This document shows, piece after piece, positions 17,126-27,700 of a DNA stretch of 64,000 bases. Location of the stretch: contig OZ255836.1 of NCBI GenBank assembly GCA_965277715.1, positions 352,001 to 416,000 of the forward strand, given 5' to 3'. The stretch comes from Gammaproteobacteria bacterium (GTDB lineage Bacteria; Pseudomonadota; Gammaproteobacteria; JBCCGL01). The notes below the pieces were generated by a model, which was not told the origin of the DNA, ran no database searches, and saw only the letters and a program-made list of their open reading frames with translations. Both the position numbers and the translations under genes were made by a program. Each line of letters opens with the position of its first letter. Position 1 is the first letter of the stretch.

Positions 17126-18895
17126 ATGATGCGTATCACTATATTACCGGCATTACTGTTTGGGCTGACCGTTACTGCATGTAGCGCGCCCGGCACATTG
17201 TCTGATAAATCGACATTGCCAACACAGGCCAAGCGTGATGCGGGCAGCCAAAGTCAATCGAATCAAGGTACGCAAACAATACGACCGATCCAACCGGGTA
17301 GTGGTGATAACAACTTTGACTTGATGTACTACATGCTGGTAGCTGAATTGGCGGCGCGGCGCGGCGCACTCGATATGGCCTATCAAAATTACCTTGACGC
17401 CTCAGCATTATCCGACGATCCGCAATTACCTGAAAGGGCAGCGCGTATCGCTGTGTTTGCCAAGGCCTGGAACAAGGCCGTCGTCGCGGGTAAAAAGTGG
17501 TTGGCGCTTGACCCCACCAATATCGGCGTGCGCCATATTCTCGCCAGTAGTTATATGCGTTTAAAAAACAAGGCGGCGGCAGTTGAGCAGTTTATGGCCA
17601 TCATCGAGAGCCACCCAGGTGGCATCGACCAGGGCGCATCAGTCAGTTATGCACTGCTCAGGCACGAAGCTAATCAGCCGCTGACCCACGCTATCGCACA
17701 AACACTTGCCAATCGATTTACAGATAGCGCTGTGGCGTACTTTACGCTCGCCCGCCTAAGTGCTGCGATGGGTGATAAAACCACGACAATCGACGCATTG
17801 AACAACACACTGATCCTACAGCCAGATCACCCCGAAGCAATTCTGCTACAGGCGCAAACACAGATAGAAATGGGCGAGGGTGAACAGGCGTTTACCCATC
17901 TGCGGCAGGCACTGCAACGGTTGCCGGATAATATTGCGCTCAACTCTGGGTATGCGCGGTTGTTGGTGCAGTCGGGCCACCACAATCAGGCAATTGAGGC
18001 GATGGAAAAAACATTCAAACTACAACCCAACAACGCCACGGTTGTGCTCAACTTGGGGCTGATGGCACTCCAGGCGCGGCGTTTAAACGAAGCTAAAGCG
18101 TACCTCAATCGTGTTGTCTCACTTAAACAGCGCGTTTCTGAAGCCAATTATTACCTGGGGCGAATTGCAGACAGTCAGCGTGAATACCAGGTGGCGATCA
18201 AACACTACGCAAAAGTGGCTGATAACAACCTACAGCTCGACGCACAGACGCGCATTGTTGAATTACTGGCGTTACTGGGGCATGTTGACCAGGCGCGCTT
18301 TCGACTGCAACGCTTGCGCGAGCTCAATACCGAAGAGGCGCAGCAAATTCATTTTATTTTGGTTGAAAATAAAATTTTGCGTGAAACCGGTCAGCACCAG
18401 GAGGCATTGGATGTACTGACTGCCGCGATGGCACGTTATCCGCAAAACGTCGATATTTTATATGCGCGTGCGCTGGCGGCAGAAAAAATGGGGCACGAGG
18501 ATGTATTCGAGCAACATTTGCGTAGCGTGTTACAAATCGAACCCAAGAATGCGCGTGCCCTCAATGCGCTGGGTTACTACCTGGTCGATCGCTCGCGTGA
18601 GCTTGATGAAGCGGAGCGTTATATAAAACAAGCCATCGAAATTATGCCGACAGACCCCGCCATAATCGACAGCCTCGGTTGGCTGAGTTACCGGCGTGGC
18701 AACTACACCGAAGCGCTACAGTTATTGCGCAAAGCTTACCAGTTATTGTTCGACCCTGAAATTGCAGCGCATTTGGGTGAGGTGTTGTGGGTGTCTGGTG
18801 ATCGACAGAGTGCCAATGAAATTTGGGATGATGCGCTTAAACAGCGTCCAGGCGATGCATTGTTGAAACGCGTTATCAAACGTTTTCGCCCATGA
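17126..18895 (+). CDS. TPR-repeat lipoprotein
   Basis: Lipobox VTAC, TPR repeats, ALNALGY and DSLGW; conserved position between hemA and lolB. Confidence 0.9.
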   Translation: MMRITILPALLFGLTVTACSAPGTLSDKSTLPTQAKRDAGSQSQSNQGTQTIRPIQPGSGDNNFDLMYYMLVAELAARRGALDMAYQNYLDASALSDDPQLPERAARIAVFAKAWNKAVVAGKKWLALDPTNIGVRHILASSYMRLKNKAAAVEQFMAIIESHPGGIDQGASVSYALLRHEANQPLTHAIAQTLANRFTDSAVAYFTLARLSAAMGDKTTTIDALNNTLILQPDHPEAILLQAQTQIEMGEGEQAFTHLRQALQRLPDNIALNSGYARLLVQSGHHNQAIEAMEKTFKLQPNNATVVLNLGLMALQARRLNEAKAYLNRVVSLKQRVSEANYYLGRIADSQREYQVAIKHYAKVADNNLQLDAQTRIVELLALLGHVDQARFRLQRLRELNTEEAQQIHFILVENKILRETGQHQEALDVLTAAMARYPQNVDILYARALAAEKMGHEDVFEQHLRSVLQIEPKNARALNALGYYLVDRSRELDEAERYIKQAIEIMPTDPAIIDSLGWLSYRRGNYTEALQLLRKAYQLLFDPEIAAHLGEVLWVSGDRQSANEIWDDALKQRPGDALLKRVIKRFRP

Positions 18896-19530
18896 GGGCG
18901 TATTTTTTATGCATTATCGTAACACTACTGACCGCTTGCTCGACGTTACCATTAGATGAACAACAGGCACAGCGCCGGGCGCTCTGGGAAACGCACCTTG
19001 CTTCGCTGGATGGTTTTACGCACTGGCGTGCCAGTGGACGTATGGCGGTTAGCACAGCGCACGATGGGGGAAGCGCCCGGTTACTTTGGGCACAGCGTGG
19101 CGATAACTTTACATTGCGGCTCAACGCCGGTCTTGGCCAGGGCACGTTGCAGCTCAGTAGGAACGCCTGGGGCGCCCGGTTGATCCCCCCCTCTGGTGAG
19201 GTGTTGGTCGGCAGGCATGCAGATGCATTGTTATATCGCCACCTCGGCTGGCATGTGCCTATCGACCAACTGCGCCAGTGGCTCACTGGTCGGCCTGGTA
19301 GCGCCAGCGATTATATTATCGGTAGTCAGGGCCTGTTAGAGCGCATTCAGTTTGAAGGTTGGGTGGTTGTGTTTGAAAAGTACCGGGATGATATATATCC
19401 CGCCCTGCCATCGAAGGTATCGCTCAAGAAAGCGGATATTAAAGTGCGTGTCATCATTGATGGCTGGAGTCACAGCAAGCAAACCATTACCTCAAAACGC
19501 ATTGCCCTGCCAGCAGCAACACCGGAATGA
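18892..19530 (+). CDS. lolB: Outer-membrane lipoprotein insertase LolB
   Basis: Lipobox LTAC, W.ASGR, LGWHVP...LRQWL.G.P; upstream of ispE. Confidence 0.9.
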   Translation: MRAYFLCIIVTLLTACSTLPLDEQQAQRRALWETHLASLDGFTHWRASGRMAVSTAHDGGSARLLWAQRGDNFTLRLNAGLGQGTLQLSRNAWGARLIPPSGEVLVGRHADALLYRHLGWHVPIDQLRQWLTGRPGSASDYIIGSQGLLERIQFEGWVVVFEKYRDDIYPALPSKVSLKKADIKVRVIIDGWSHSKQTITSKRIALPAATPE

Positions 19531-20417
19531 CCCCATTTGATAATACCGGTTTGCCGCGTTTTTGGCCGGCACCGGCAAAGCTCAACTTGATGTTGCGCGT
19601 TACCGCACGCCGGGCAGACGGCTACCACCTGTTACAAACCGTATTCCAGTTACTGGATATTGGTGATGAGCTCATCATTAACCCATTGAGCTCAGGGGAA
19701 ATTAAAAGGGTTAACCCGATTGCCGGTGTGGATGAGCAGGATGACCTCACCTTGCGGGCGGCAAAACAACTGAAACAAGTGACCGGCTCATCAATGGGCG
19801 TTGTGCTCTCTGTGAGGAAACGCCTGCCGATGGGGGCAGGGCTGGGTGGTGGCAGCTCTAACGCGGCCACAGTGTTATATGCACTGAATCATTTGTGGCA
19901 GACGGGATTGAGCGTTGACGAGCTGGCCACTATTGGTTTGACATTAGGTGCGGATGTCCCTGTCTTTGTTAAAGGGGCGTCGGCCTGGGCCGAAGGTGTC
20001 GGTGAACAATTGGTTCCCATTGCGTTGCCGGATCGATGGTTTTTGGTGCTACTTCCAGGGGTTCATGTCACCACAGCAGAAGTCTTTAGCGATCCCACGT
20101 TGACACGCAATAGCGCAGCAATCACAATACGCGCCTTTCTGGACAAGCAGCTTGATGGCGTTGTACAAAACGACTGTCAGGCAGTGGTTGTTAAGCGTTA
20201 TCCAGAGATAGGCAAGGCACTTAATTGGCTTGAAGCCAACGCTGTTTCACGCTCTATTGGCATGACGGGAACAGGCAGTAGTTTATTTGCCGTATTTATC
20301 GATGAGTGCTCAGCACGTGATGTGCTTGAGAAAATACCTACACCCTGGACGGGCTTTGTCGCCAGAGGTGTCAATACGTCGCCACTGCATACAATGTTTG
20401 GCGTTGAAAACAGTTAA
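19527..20417 (+). CDS. ispE: 4-diphosphocytidyl-2-C-methyl-D-erythritol kinase
   Basis: PAPAKLNL, PMGAGLGGGSSNAA, GADVPVF and MTGTGS. Confidence 0.96.
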   Translation: MTPFDNTGLPRFWPAPAKLNLMLRVTARRADGYHLLQTVFQLLDIGDELIINPLSSGEIKRVNPIAGVDEQDDLTLRAAKQLKQVTGSSMGVVLSVRKRLPMGAGLGGGSSNAATVLYALNHLWQTGLSVDELATIGLTLGADVPVFVKGASAWAEGVGEQLVPIALPDRWFLVLLPGVHVTTAEVFSDPTLTRNSAAITIRAFLDKQLDGVVQNDCQAVVVKRYPEIGKALNWLEANAVSRSIGMTGTGSSLFAVFIDECSARDVLEKIPTPWTGFVARGVNTSPLHTMFGVENS

Positions 20418-20424
20418 CGATAAT

Positions 20425-20499
20425 TGGGCCGTCGCCAAGCGGTAAGGCACCAGGTTTTGATCCTGGCATGCGCAGGTTCGAATCCTGCCGGCCCAGCCA
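20425..20499 (+). tRNA. tRNA-Gln(TTG)
   Basis: TGGGCCGTCGCCAAGCGGTAAGGCACCAGGTT-TTG-ATCCTGGCATGCGCAGGTTCGAATCCTGCCGGCCCAGCCA; typical ispE-tRNA-Gln-prs order. Confidence 0.96.
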
Positions 20500-20579
20500 T
20501 TAACTTAGAACATATTGACCAACACATGCCAAAGACCACTCGTATGATCGATCGCCACAGTAACCCACCCTCTGAAAAA

Positions 20580-21518
20580 ATGATGGTTTTCGCCGGTAGC
20601 GCGAATACTGATCTGGCCAAACGGGTCTGCGATCACCTGAATTTGCCACTGGGGAAAGCGCAGCTCGACACTTTCAGTGATGGTGAACACAGCGTAGAGA
20701 TACTCGAAAATGTGCGTGGCCGTGACGTTTATATAATCCAGTCGACCTGTGCACCTACCGACAGTAACCTGATGCAATTGCTGGTAATGGCCGATGCATT
20801 AAAGCGTGCCTCGGTGGGCCGGGTTACCGCTGTAATACCCTATTTTGGCTATGCGCGCCAGGATCGCCGGGTGCGCTCACAGCGTGTGCCGGTAACCGCC
20901 AAGCTGGTGGCAAACTTATTGTCGACAGCCGGTGTCGATAGTGTGTTGACCATTGATTTGCACGCCGATCAAATTCAGGGTTTTTTCGATATGCCCGTCG
21001 ATAATGTCTATGGCTCACCCCTGTTGCTGGGCGATATTTGGCGGCAGAAATACCCCGATTTGATTGTGGTATCACCCGATGTTGGTGGCGTTGTGCGCGC
21101 ACGTGCGGTAGCCAAACGTCTCGATGATGCCGATCTGGCGATTATCGATAAGCGTCGCCCACAGGCAAACCAGTCTGAAGTGATGCATATTATTGGTTCG
21201 GTTGAAGGTAAAACCTGTGTGCTGGTCGATGATATGGTGGATACGGCGGGTACACTGTGCGCCGCCGCCAGTGCCCTGAAAGAGCATGGCGCAAAAAAAG
21301 TGGTCGCCTATGCAACACACCCCGTGTTGTCAGGGCCCGCTATTCAGCGGATTAGCGATTCTGCCATTGACGAGCTGGTCGTCACCGACACAATCCCATT
21401 GAATGAAGCGGCAAATGCCAGTGGGATAATTCGCCAGCTTAGTGTCGCCAGCATATTGGCAGAGACATTGCGGCGCATGCAAAACAACGAGTCGGTCAGT
21501 ACCCTCTACATGGACTAA
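20580..21518 (+). CDS. prs: Ribose-phosphate pyrophosphokinase
   Basis: [27 protein letters not shown] and [10 protein letters not shown]. The start may be slightly upstream (20526), but not inside the tRNA. Confidence 0.96.
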   Translation: MMVFAGSANTDLAKRVCDHLNLPLGKAQLDTFSDGEHSVEILENVRGRDVYIIQSTCAPTDSNLMQLLVMADALKRASVGRVTAVIPYFGYARQDRRVRSQRVPVTAKLVANLLSTAGVDSVLTIDLHADQIQGFFDMPVDNVYGSPLLLGDIWRQKYPDLIVVSPDVGGVVRARAVAKRLDDADLAIIDKRRPQANQSEVMHIIGSVEGKTCVLVDDMVDTAGTLCAAASALKEHGAKKVVAYATHPVLSGPAIQRISDSAIDELVVTDTIPLNEAANASGIIRQLSVASILAETLRRMQNNESVSTLYMD

Positions 21519-21584
21519 TCCTTAGTTTAACCTGGCAGTAGTTTATTCTGCCCACGCAGTAAAAATCTGATAGAATCCGCCGCT

Positions 21585-21636
21585 TTTGCCCGTCTTGGTC
21601 GCGATTCGGGCGTCCACTCTCAATTGGAGAACCTAT
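21585..21636 (+). promoter_or_regulatory. Probable rplY (L25) structured 5' leader
   Basis: Hairpin GCCCG..TGGTCGCGA..CGGGC ahead of the RBS; TGGTCGC-containing leaders are known upstream of gammaproteobacterial rplY. Confidence 0.45.
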
Positions 21637-22266
21637 ATGAGCGTTTCATTTACCGTTAGCGCGGAACCGCGTGCTGACCAGGGGAAAGGTGCGAGCCGCC
21701 GCCTGCGTCGTGCGAATATGGTGCCCGCCGTTGTCTATGGTGCTGGCCGTGAGCCAGAATCGATCATGCTTAAGCACAATGAAGTGCTCAAGCACCTCGA
21801 TCACGAAGCCTTTTACTCGCATATTCTCATTTTGAGTATCGGCAAAAAAAGCCAACAGGTTATTTTGCGCGACATTCAACGCCACCCGCATAAATTACTC
21901 GTAATGCATATGGATTTCCTGCGCATTGAATCAGACCATTCGATTCAGGTACATGTGCCGCTGCATTTTATTGGCGAGGAAGACTGCGTTGGCGTTAAAC
22001 AAGGTGGCGGTATTATTGGCCACATCGAGTCAGAGGTGTTTGTCGATTGCCTGCCTGGCAACCTGCCCGAGTATATCGAAGTTGATGTGACCAACCTTGA
22101 GCTGGGCGCCTCGATACACCTCTCTGAAATCACACTGCCTGAGGGTGTTCGCTCTGTGGACTTATCCCACGGTGAAGACCATGACCGTGCAGTCGTTTCG
22201 GTGCACGCATCGCGTGCATCGAAAGCAGATGATGACGAGAGTGCAGAAGCCACACCAGAAGAATAA
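21637..22266 (+). CDS. rplY: 50S ribosomal protein L25/Ctc
   Basis: GKGASRRLRR, VPAVVYG and HMDFLR, long Ctc form; GGAG RBS. Confidence 0.96.
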   Translation: MSVSFTVSAEPRADQGKGASRRLRRANMVPAVVYGAGREPESIMLKHNEVLKHLDHEAFYSHILILSIGKKSQQVILRDIQRHPHKLLVMHMDFLRIESDHSIQVHVPLHFIGEEDCVGVKQGGGIIGHIESEVFVDCLPGNLPEYIEVDVTNLELGASIHLSEITLPEGVRSVDLSHGEDHDRAVVSVHASRASKADDDESAEATPEE

Positions 22267-22296
22267 CCCTTCGCAATACTTTAACGTGCAGAGAGC

Positions 22297-22920
22297 GTGC
22301 CGGTGGCATCAGTCAGTGCACAAATTGACCTTATTGTCGGGCTGGGTAACCCTGGCCCTGACTATTCAGAAACCCGCCATAATGCGGGTTTTTGGTTTCT
22401 GCAGCATATCGCTGAGGCACAAGGCAAATCCTTTTCGGTCGAGCCACGGTTTTTTGGTGAGGTAGCCAGCGTGGTGATTGATGGCCACACGGTGCGGTTA
22501 CTGAAGCCCACGACATTTATGAACCGCAGTGGCCAATCGGTGGCAGCGTTAGCGCGTTACTTTAAAATTCCGCATGAAAACATCCTGGTTGTACACGATG
22601 AGCTCGACCTGCCAACCGGTGATGCCCGTATCAAATTCGCGGGTGGGCACGGCGGGCACAATGGATTGCGGGATATCATCAGCCATTTTGGTGATGCGAA
22701 TTTTTGGCGGGTTCGCTTGGGCATAGGCCATCCTGGTAAACAATCTCAAGTCGTGGATTACGTGTTGAAACGCGCCACAAAAAATGAACAGGATTTGATC
22801 GGCGAGGCGATGGCCTCCGTGCTCACTGTATTGTCATGGCTTGTTAATGGCGATATACAAAAAGCCACCAATAAAGTGCATTCGCGTCGCCCCAAGAAAA
22901 CACCGATCAACGATAATTGA
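22297..22920 (+). CDS. pth: Peptidyl-tRNA hydrolase
   Basis: [27 protein letters not shown] and GHGGHNGL. Confidence 0.96.
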   Translation: MPVASVSAQIDLIVGLGNPGPDYSETRHNAGFWFLQHIAEAQGKSFSVEPRFFGEVASVVIDGHTVRLLKPTTFMNRSGQSVAALARYFKIPHENILVVHDELDLPTGDARIKFAGGHGGHNGLRDIISHFGDANFWRVRLGIGHPGKQSQVVDYVLKRATKNEQDLIGEAMASVLTVLSWLVNGDIQKATNKVHSRRPKKTPINDN

Positions 22921-22939
22921 TAACATTTCAGAGAACATC

Positions 22940-24031
22940 ATGGGATTTAAATGTGGAATAGTAGGTATGCCAAATGTGGGCAAATCGACTTTATTTAATG
23001 CGTTGACACAGGCTGAAATAGCCGCTGAAAACTACCCGTTTTGTACAATCGAACCGAATGTTGGCATGGTGCCAGTACCCGATCCGCGTTTGCAGGCGCT
23101 GGCAGATATTGTTTCGCCTGAGCGGATATTGCCCACTACAATGGAATTTGTCGATATTGCCGGTTTGGTTTCCGGTGCCTCGAAAGGTGAAGGGTTGGGC
23201 AATCAGTTCCTTGCGCATATCCGCGAAACGGATGCCATTGCGCATGTAGTGCGCTGTTTTGACGATGATGATGTCGTCCACATCAACGGGCGGGTTAACC
23301 CACTCGATGATGCAGAGGTGATCAACACAGAACTGTTATTAGCCGATGTCGATACCGTCGACAGAGCGGTTCAGCGCATTAGCAAAACAGCTAAATCGGG
23401 CAATAAGCCTGCTATTGCAGAAAAAGCCTTTTTGGAACGATTATCAGAACACCTTGATGGTGGTAGTCCGGCGCGCACTATTGACGTCACCGATAGTGAA
23501 AAAGACCTTTTGAAACATTTGCACCTGCTGACCAGTAAACCGACGATGTACATTGCCAATGTCGATGACAGTGGTTTTACCGATAACCCCATGCTGGATG
23601 CACTGCAAGCACATGCGGCGACTGAATCTGCCAACGTAGTGCCGGTGTGCGCTGCAATTGAGGCTGAAATTGCCTTGCTGGATGATTCTGAAAAAGCAGA
23701 GTTTCTGGAAGACCTGGGTTTACAGGAGCCGGGTCTGGATCGTGTAATTCGTGCGGGCTATGCGCTCTTGGCATTGCAGACATTTTTTACTGCGGGTGTA
23801 AAGGAAGTGCGCGCCTGGACAGTGCGTAAAGCGGCGACTGCGCCACAGGGCGCTGGTCGTATCCACACTGATTTTGAGAAAGGCTTTATACGCGCTGAAG
23901 TCATTGCCTATGGCGATTTTATCCATTACAACGGCGAGCAGGGTGCAAAGGAAGCGGGTAAGTGGCGGCTGGAGGGAAAAGACTATCTGCTGAAAGAAGG
24001 CGACGTTGTACATTTTCGGTTTAATGTTTAA
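22940..24031 (+). CDS. ychF: Redox-regulated ATPase YchF
   Basis: [27 protein letters not shown] and GEGLGNQFL. Confidence 0.97.
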   Translation: MGFKCGIVGMPNVGKSTLFNALTQAEIAAENYPFCTIEPNVGMVPVPDPRLQALADIVSPERILPTTMEFVDIAGLVSGASKGEGLGNQFLAHIRETDAIAHVVRCFDDDDVVHINGRVNPLDDAEVINTELLLADVDTVDRAVQRISKTAKSGNKPAIAEKAFLERLSEHLDGGSPARTIDVTDSEKDLLKHLHLLTSKPTMYIANVDDSGFTDNPMLDALQAHAATESANVVPVCAAIEAEIALLDDSEKAEFLEDLGLQEPGLDRVIRAGYALLALQTFFTAGVKEVRAWTVRKAATAPQGAGRIHTDFEKGFIRAEVIAYGDFIHYNGEQGAKEAGKWRLEGKDYLLKEGDVVHFRFNV

Positions 24032-24063
24032 TTTATTGCCTGTTGGCCTCGTTTGGCCCGCCC

Positions 24064-24100
24064 TTGACAGCGTTGAAACAAGCCGTCAAAATCGCGCCCC
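24064..24100 (+). promoter_or_regulatory. Sigma70-type promoter for tRNA-Met with GC-rich discriminator
   Basis: TTGACA, 17-bp spacer, CAAAAT, then CGCGCCCC. Confidence 0.55.
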
Positions 24101-24110
24101 TTATTTCTAT

Positions 24111-24187
24111 GGCTATGTAGCTCAGTTGGTTAGAGCACAGCATTCATAATGCTGGGGTCCCTGGTTCAAGTCCAGGCATAGCCACCA
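24111..24187 (+). tRNA. tRNA-Met(CAT), elongator type
   Basis: GGCTATGTAGCTCAGTTGGTTAGAGCACAGCATT-CAT-AATGCTGGGGTCCCTGGTTCAAGTCCAGGCATAGCCACCA. Confidence 0.95.
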
Positions 24188-24256
24188 TTTCTCCATTCTT
24201 TAACGTCAATAGTTGTAGACCCAATGTAGCTTGTTTAAATTTGGGCTGATTACCTT

Positions 24257-24645
24257 TTACTGCCAGCAAATAAAATAGTCGGCTTTTTTACCTACTATTG
24301 TCTCTGCAATTGCTTTTTGGCAGCCCATTGCATCAACTGTAATCAAACACCTTTCTAAAATCAGCGATTGGAACAGCTCGGGAATCGCTGTAATTTCATT
24401 GGATTTCGCTGACGTTTTTACTTGACCTGGCACCAAACCGCTTGCCGTTGCCCAAGCACTTACTCTATAGATGGCGGCTTTATTGGCCTCATTAGGCAGC
24501 AATCAGAATGTCGATGAGTTCGTTCCGTTTATTGGCATTGTCTCGCCTATAATCTTCAATTTCTTCAAAATAATCAAAAATACTGCTCTGGTATTTTTCC
24601 ATTTGTGCACTTCTGTCGTGGTCGAATCGCAAAAGTAAGACCCTG
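24257..24645 (-). pseudogene. Degenerate ISAs1 (H-repeat) transposase remnant with left end
   Basis: Fragments IFDYFEEIEDYR..KRNELIDIL and VSAW..GQVK...KSNEITAIPEL...ITVDAMGCQKAIA..I..KKADY; CAGGG end at 24645 on the minus strand. Confidence 0.85.
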
Positions 24646-24709
24646 TACACAATACAGCGTATTGGTATGGATGTTGCTGCCAACGACTAAGTTTTACCAG
24701 GAGAGCATA

Positions 24710-27700
24710 ATGACCACGCTTTACCCTCGTACCCTTTGGTTTTTTTTACTGCCATGTCTACTCTGCGCCTGTGATTTCGGTGCCTCATCATCACCATCGG
24801 CGCCATCAAGCCGGGTAATTTTGGGGCCGATTGTCGGAGCACAAATAACGGCTGTACGAGCCAGTAGTGTGTCCACCGCGATTGAGACCACCACCACCCT
24901 GGTATCCAATGACCTGAATACGGCTGGTGGTTTTACCTTGTCATTACCCGGTGTTGCTGACTCGGAGTTCATACTGGTAACGGTGATCGGTGGTCGTGAT
25001 ATTGATGCCGATGGCGACGGAACGCTGGATGCAACCCCCACACCCAACAACGGTGTTATCCGCGCCCTGGCGACCGCAGCAGACTGGAGGGCGGGAGTGC
25101 ATGTTACCGTCTTCACTGAAATACAGGTGCAACAACTGATCGGCAACAATTTGCAAGCGTTGCAAAACCTCACCTCTACAGCCATTACCCAGAGCCTGGA
25201 CACAACGGCTCAACGATTATTGCATTCAGATGCGGATGTTAATGGAGACGGTCAAACCAACTATCGGGATACACTCCAGTTTACCCCCACCAACAATAGT
25301 TTCCCCCTGTCGGTATCCCGGAATCAGATCAATCAAATCGCCCAACGTATCAGGCAGGGCGAAAGCGCAGATGCCAGCCAGTTGATTGATAATCTTATCT
25401 CATTGAATGTTGCTGCCGGAGCAGACCAGACCGTAGAACCCGGTAACACCGTCACCCTGAACGGAAGCGCCCAGAGCAGTCGCACTGGCGCAATTCTTAG
25501 CTATGCCTGGACACAAACCGGCGGCACCACATTAACACTCAACAATGCAAATAGTGCTGATGCCAGTTTTACCGTCCCCAGTGTTTCCACCACACAAACC
25601 CTGATTTTTTTGCTGACCGTCGCCGATGGCCTCGGCATCACAGCCACCGATAGTGTGCGCATCCAGGTAGACCAGCAACCGGTGCCCAACGCACACCCCA
25701 GCGTTGCTGCCGGTGCTGACCAGACCGTGACAGAGGGAGCCAGTGTCAGCCTGAGCGGTACCGCTACTGATAGTGATGGCACGATAGCGCGGGTTCAGTG
25801 GTCGCAAACCACCGGTCCCAGTGTTACGCTGAACACTGCTGAGAGTATAAATGCCAGTTTCACAGCCCCCCAGGTAGACACATCAGGTGTTTCGTTGAGC
25901 TTTACTGTCACCGCAACTGATGATAACGGAGCCAGCAGCAGTGACAGCATTACTGTCACCGTCAACGATATCCCCCCGCCAGCGAATATAATACCGGTGG
26001 CCACAGCGCAAGCTCTCAGTGTTGATGAGGATGGCAGCGTGAGTGTAACCCTGAGTGGCACGGATGCAGACGGCAGCGTAACAGGGTTTGCTATCAGTGC
26101 CGCACCAGCCAATGGCAGCCTTAGCGGCACTGCGCCCAATCTCAGCTATACCCCCAATGCCAACTTCAACGGCAGTGATCAATTCACCTTTACCGTCACC
26201 GATAATCAAATGGCTGTCTCCAGCCCGGCTATGGTCAGCATTACAGTCAACTCTGTTAACGATTTGCCCACTGCAAACGCAGGCCCCGATCAAGCTGTAG
26301 GCGAACAGACCATCGTAGCACTCACGGCAACCGCCAGCAGCGATAGTGACGGCACCATTGCCAGCTACGCCTGGGTGGAAACCAGCGGCAGCGGCATAAC
26401 ATTAAGCAATGCAGCCACTGCCACCGCCAGTTTTACCGCCCCGACCTTTGCCACCGATACAGCGCTGACCTTCCGGTTAACGGTAACGGATAACCAAGGT
26501 GGTGTATCGACCGACGATATTGCAGTCACCGTACAGGATGTTAACAATCAGGCGCCTGTTATTACCAGCGCCAATAGCGCCAGCGTCGCCGAAAATACCA
26601 CAGTGGTACTGACGCTGACCGCTACCGACGCCGATACCACCGGCGAGGCCACGGTTTTCACTCTGGGCGGTGATGATGCCAGTCTGTTTACCGTTACTGG
26701 CAGTGCATTGGCATTTACTGCCGCACCGGATTTTGATACCCCGGTTTGCGGTGGCGATAATGCCTGTACTATCACCGCCACACCCAGCGATGGCATCAAT
26801 ACCGGTGTGGCGCAGGCTATTACCATAACGGTGACCGATCTTAACGATACCGCCCCGGTAATAACCAGCGCCAATAGCGCCAGCGTAGCGGAGAACAGCA
26901 CTATCGTACTGACGCTGGTGGCGACTGACGCCGATACCACCGGCGAGGCCACGGTTTTCACTTTGGGCGGTGATGATGCCAGTCTGTTTACCGTTACTGG
27001 CAGTGTATTGGCATTTACTGTCGCACCGGATTTTGAAACCCCGGTTTGCGGTGGCGATAATGCCTGTACTATCACCGCCACACCCAGCGATGGCATCAAT
27101 ACCGGTGTGGCACAGGCCATTACCATAACGGTGACCGATCTTAACGATACCGCCCCGGTAATAACCAGCGCCAATAGCGCCAGCGTCGCCGAAAATACCA
27201 CAGTGGTACTGACGCTGACTGCTACCGACGCCGATACCACCGGCGAGGCCACGGTTTTCACTCTGGGCGGTGATGATGCCGGTCTGTTTACCGTTACTGG
27301 CAGTGCATTGGCGTTTACTGCCGCACCGGATTTTGAAACCCCGGTTTGCGGTGGCGATAATGTCTGTACTATCACCGCCACACCCAGCGATGGCATCAAT
27401 ACCGGTGTGGCACAGGCCATTACCATAACGGTGACCGATCTTAACGATACCGCTCCGGTAATAACCAGCGCCAATAGCGCCAGCGTCGCCGAAAATACCA
27501 CAGTGGTACTGACGCTGACCGCTACCGACGCCGATACCACCGGCGAAGCCACGGTTTTCACCCTGGGCGGTGATGATGCCAGTCTGTTTACCGTTACTGG
27601 CAGTGTATTGGCATTTACTGCCGCACCGGATTTTGAAACCCCGGTTTGCGGTGGCGATAATGTCTGTACTATCACCGCGACACCCAGCGATAGCGTCAAT

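Noticed and set aside
20424-20579. N-terminal extension of Prs in the ORF track
   Set aside because: It overlaps tRNA-Gln; Prs homology starts near MMVFAG.
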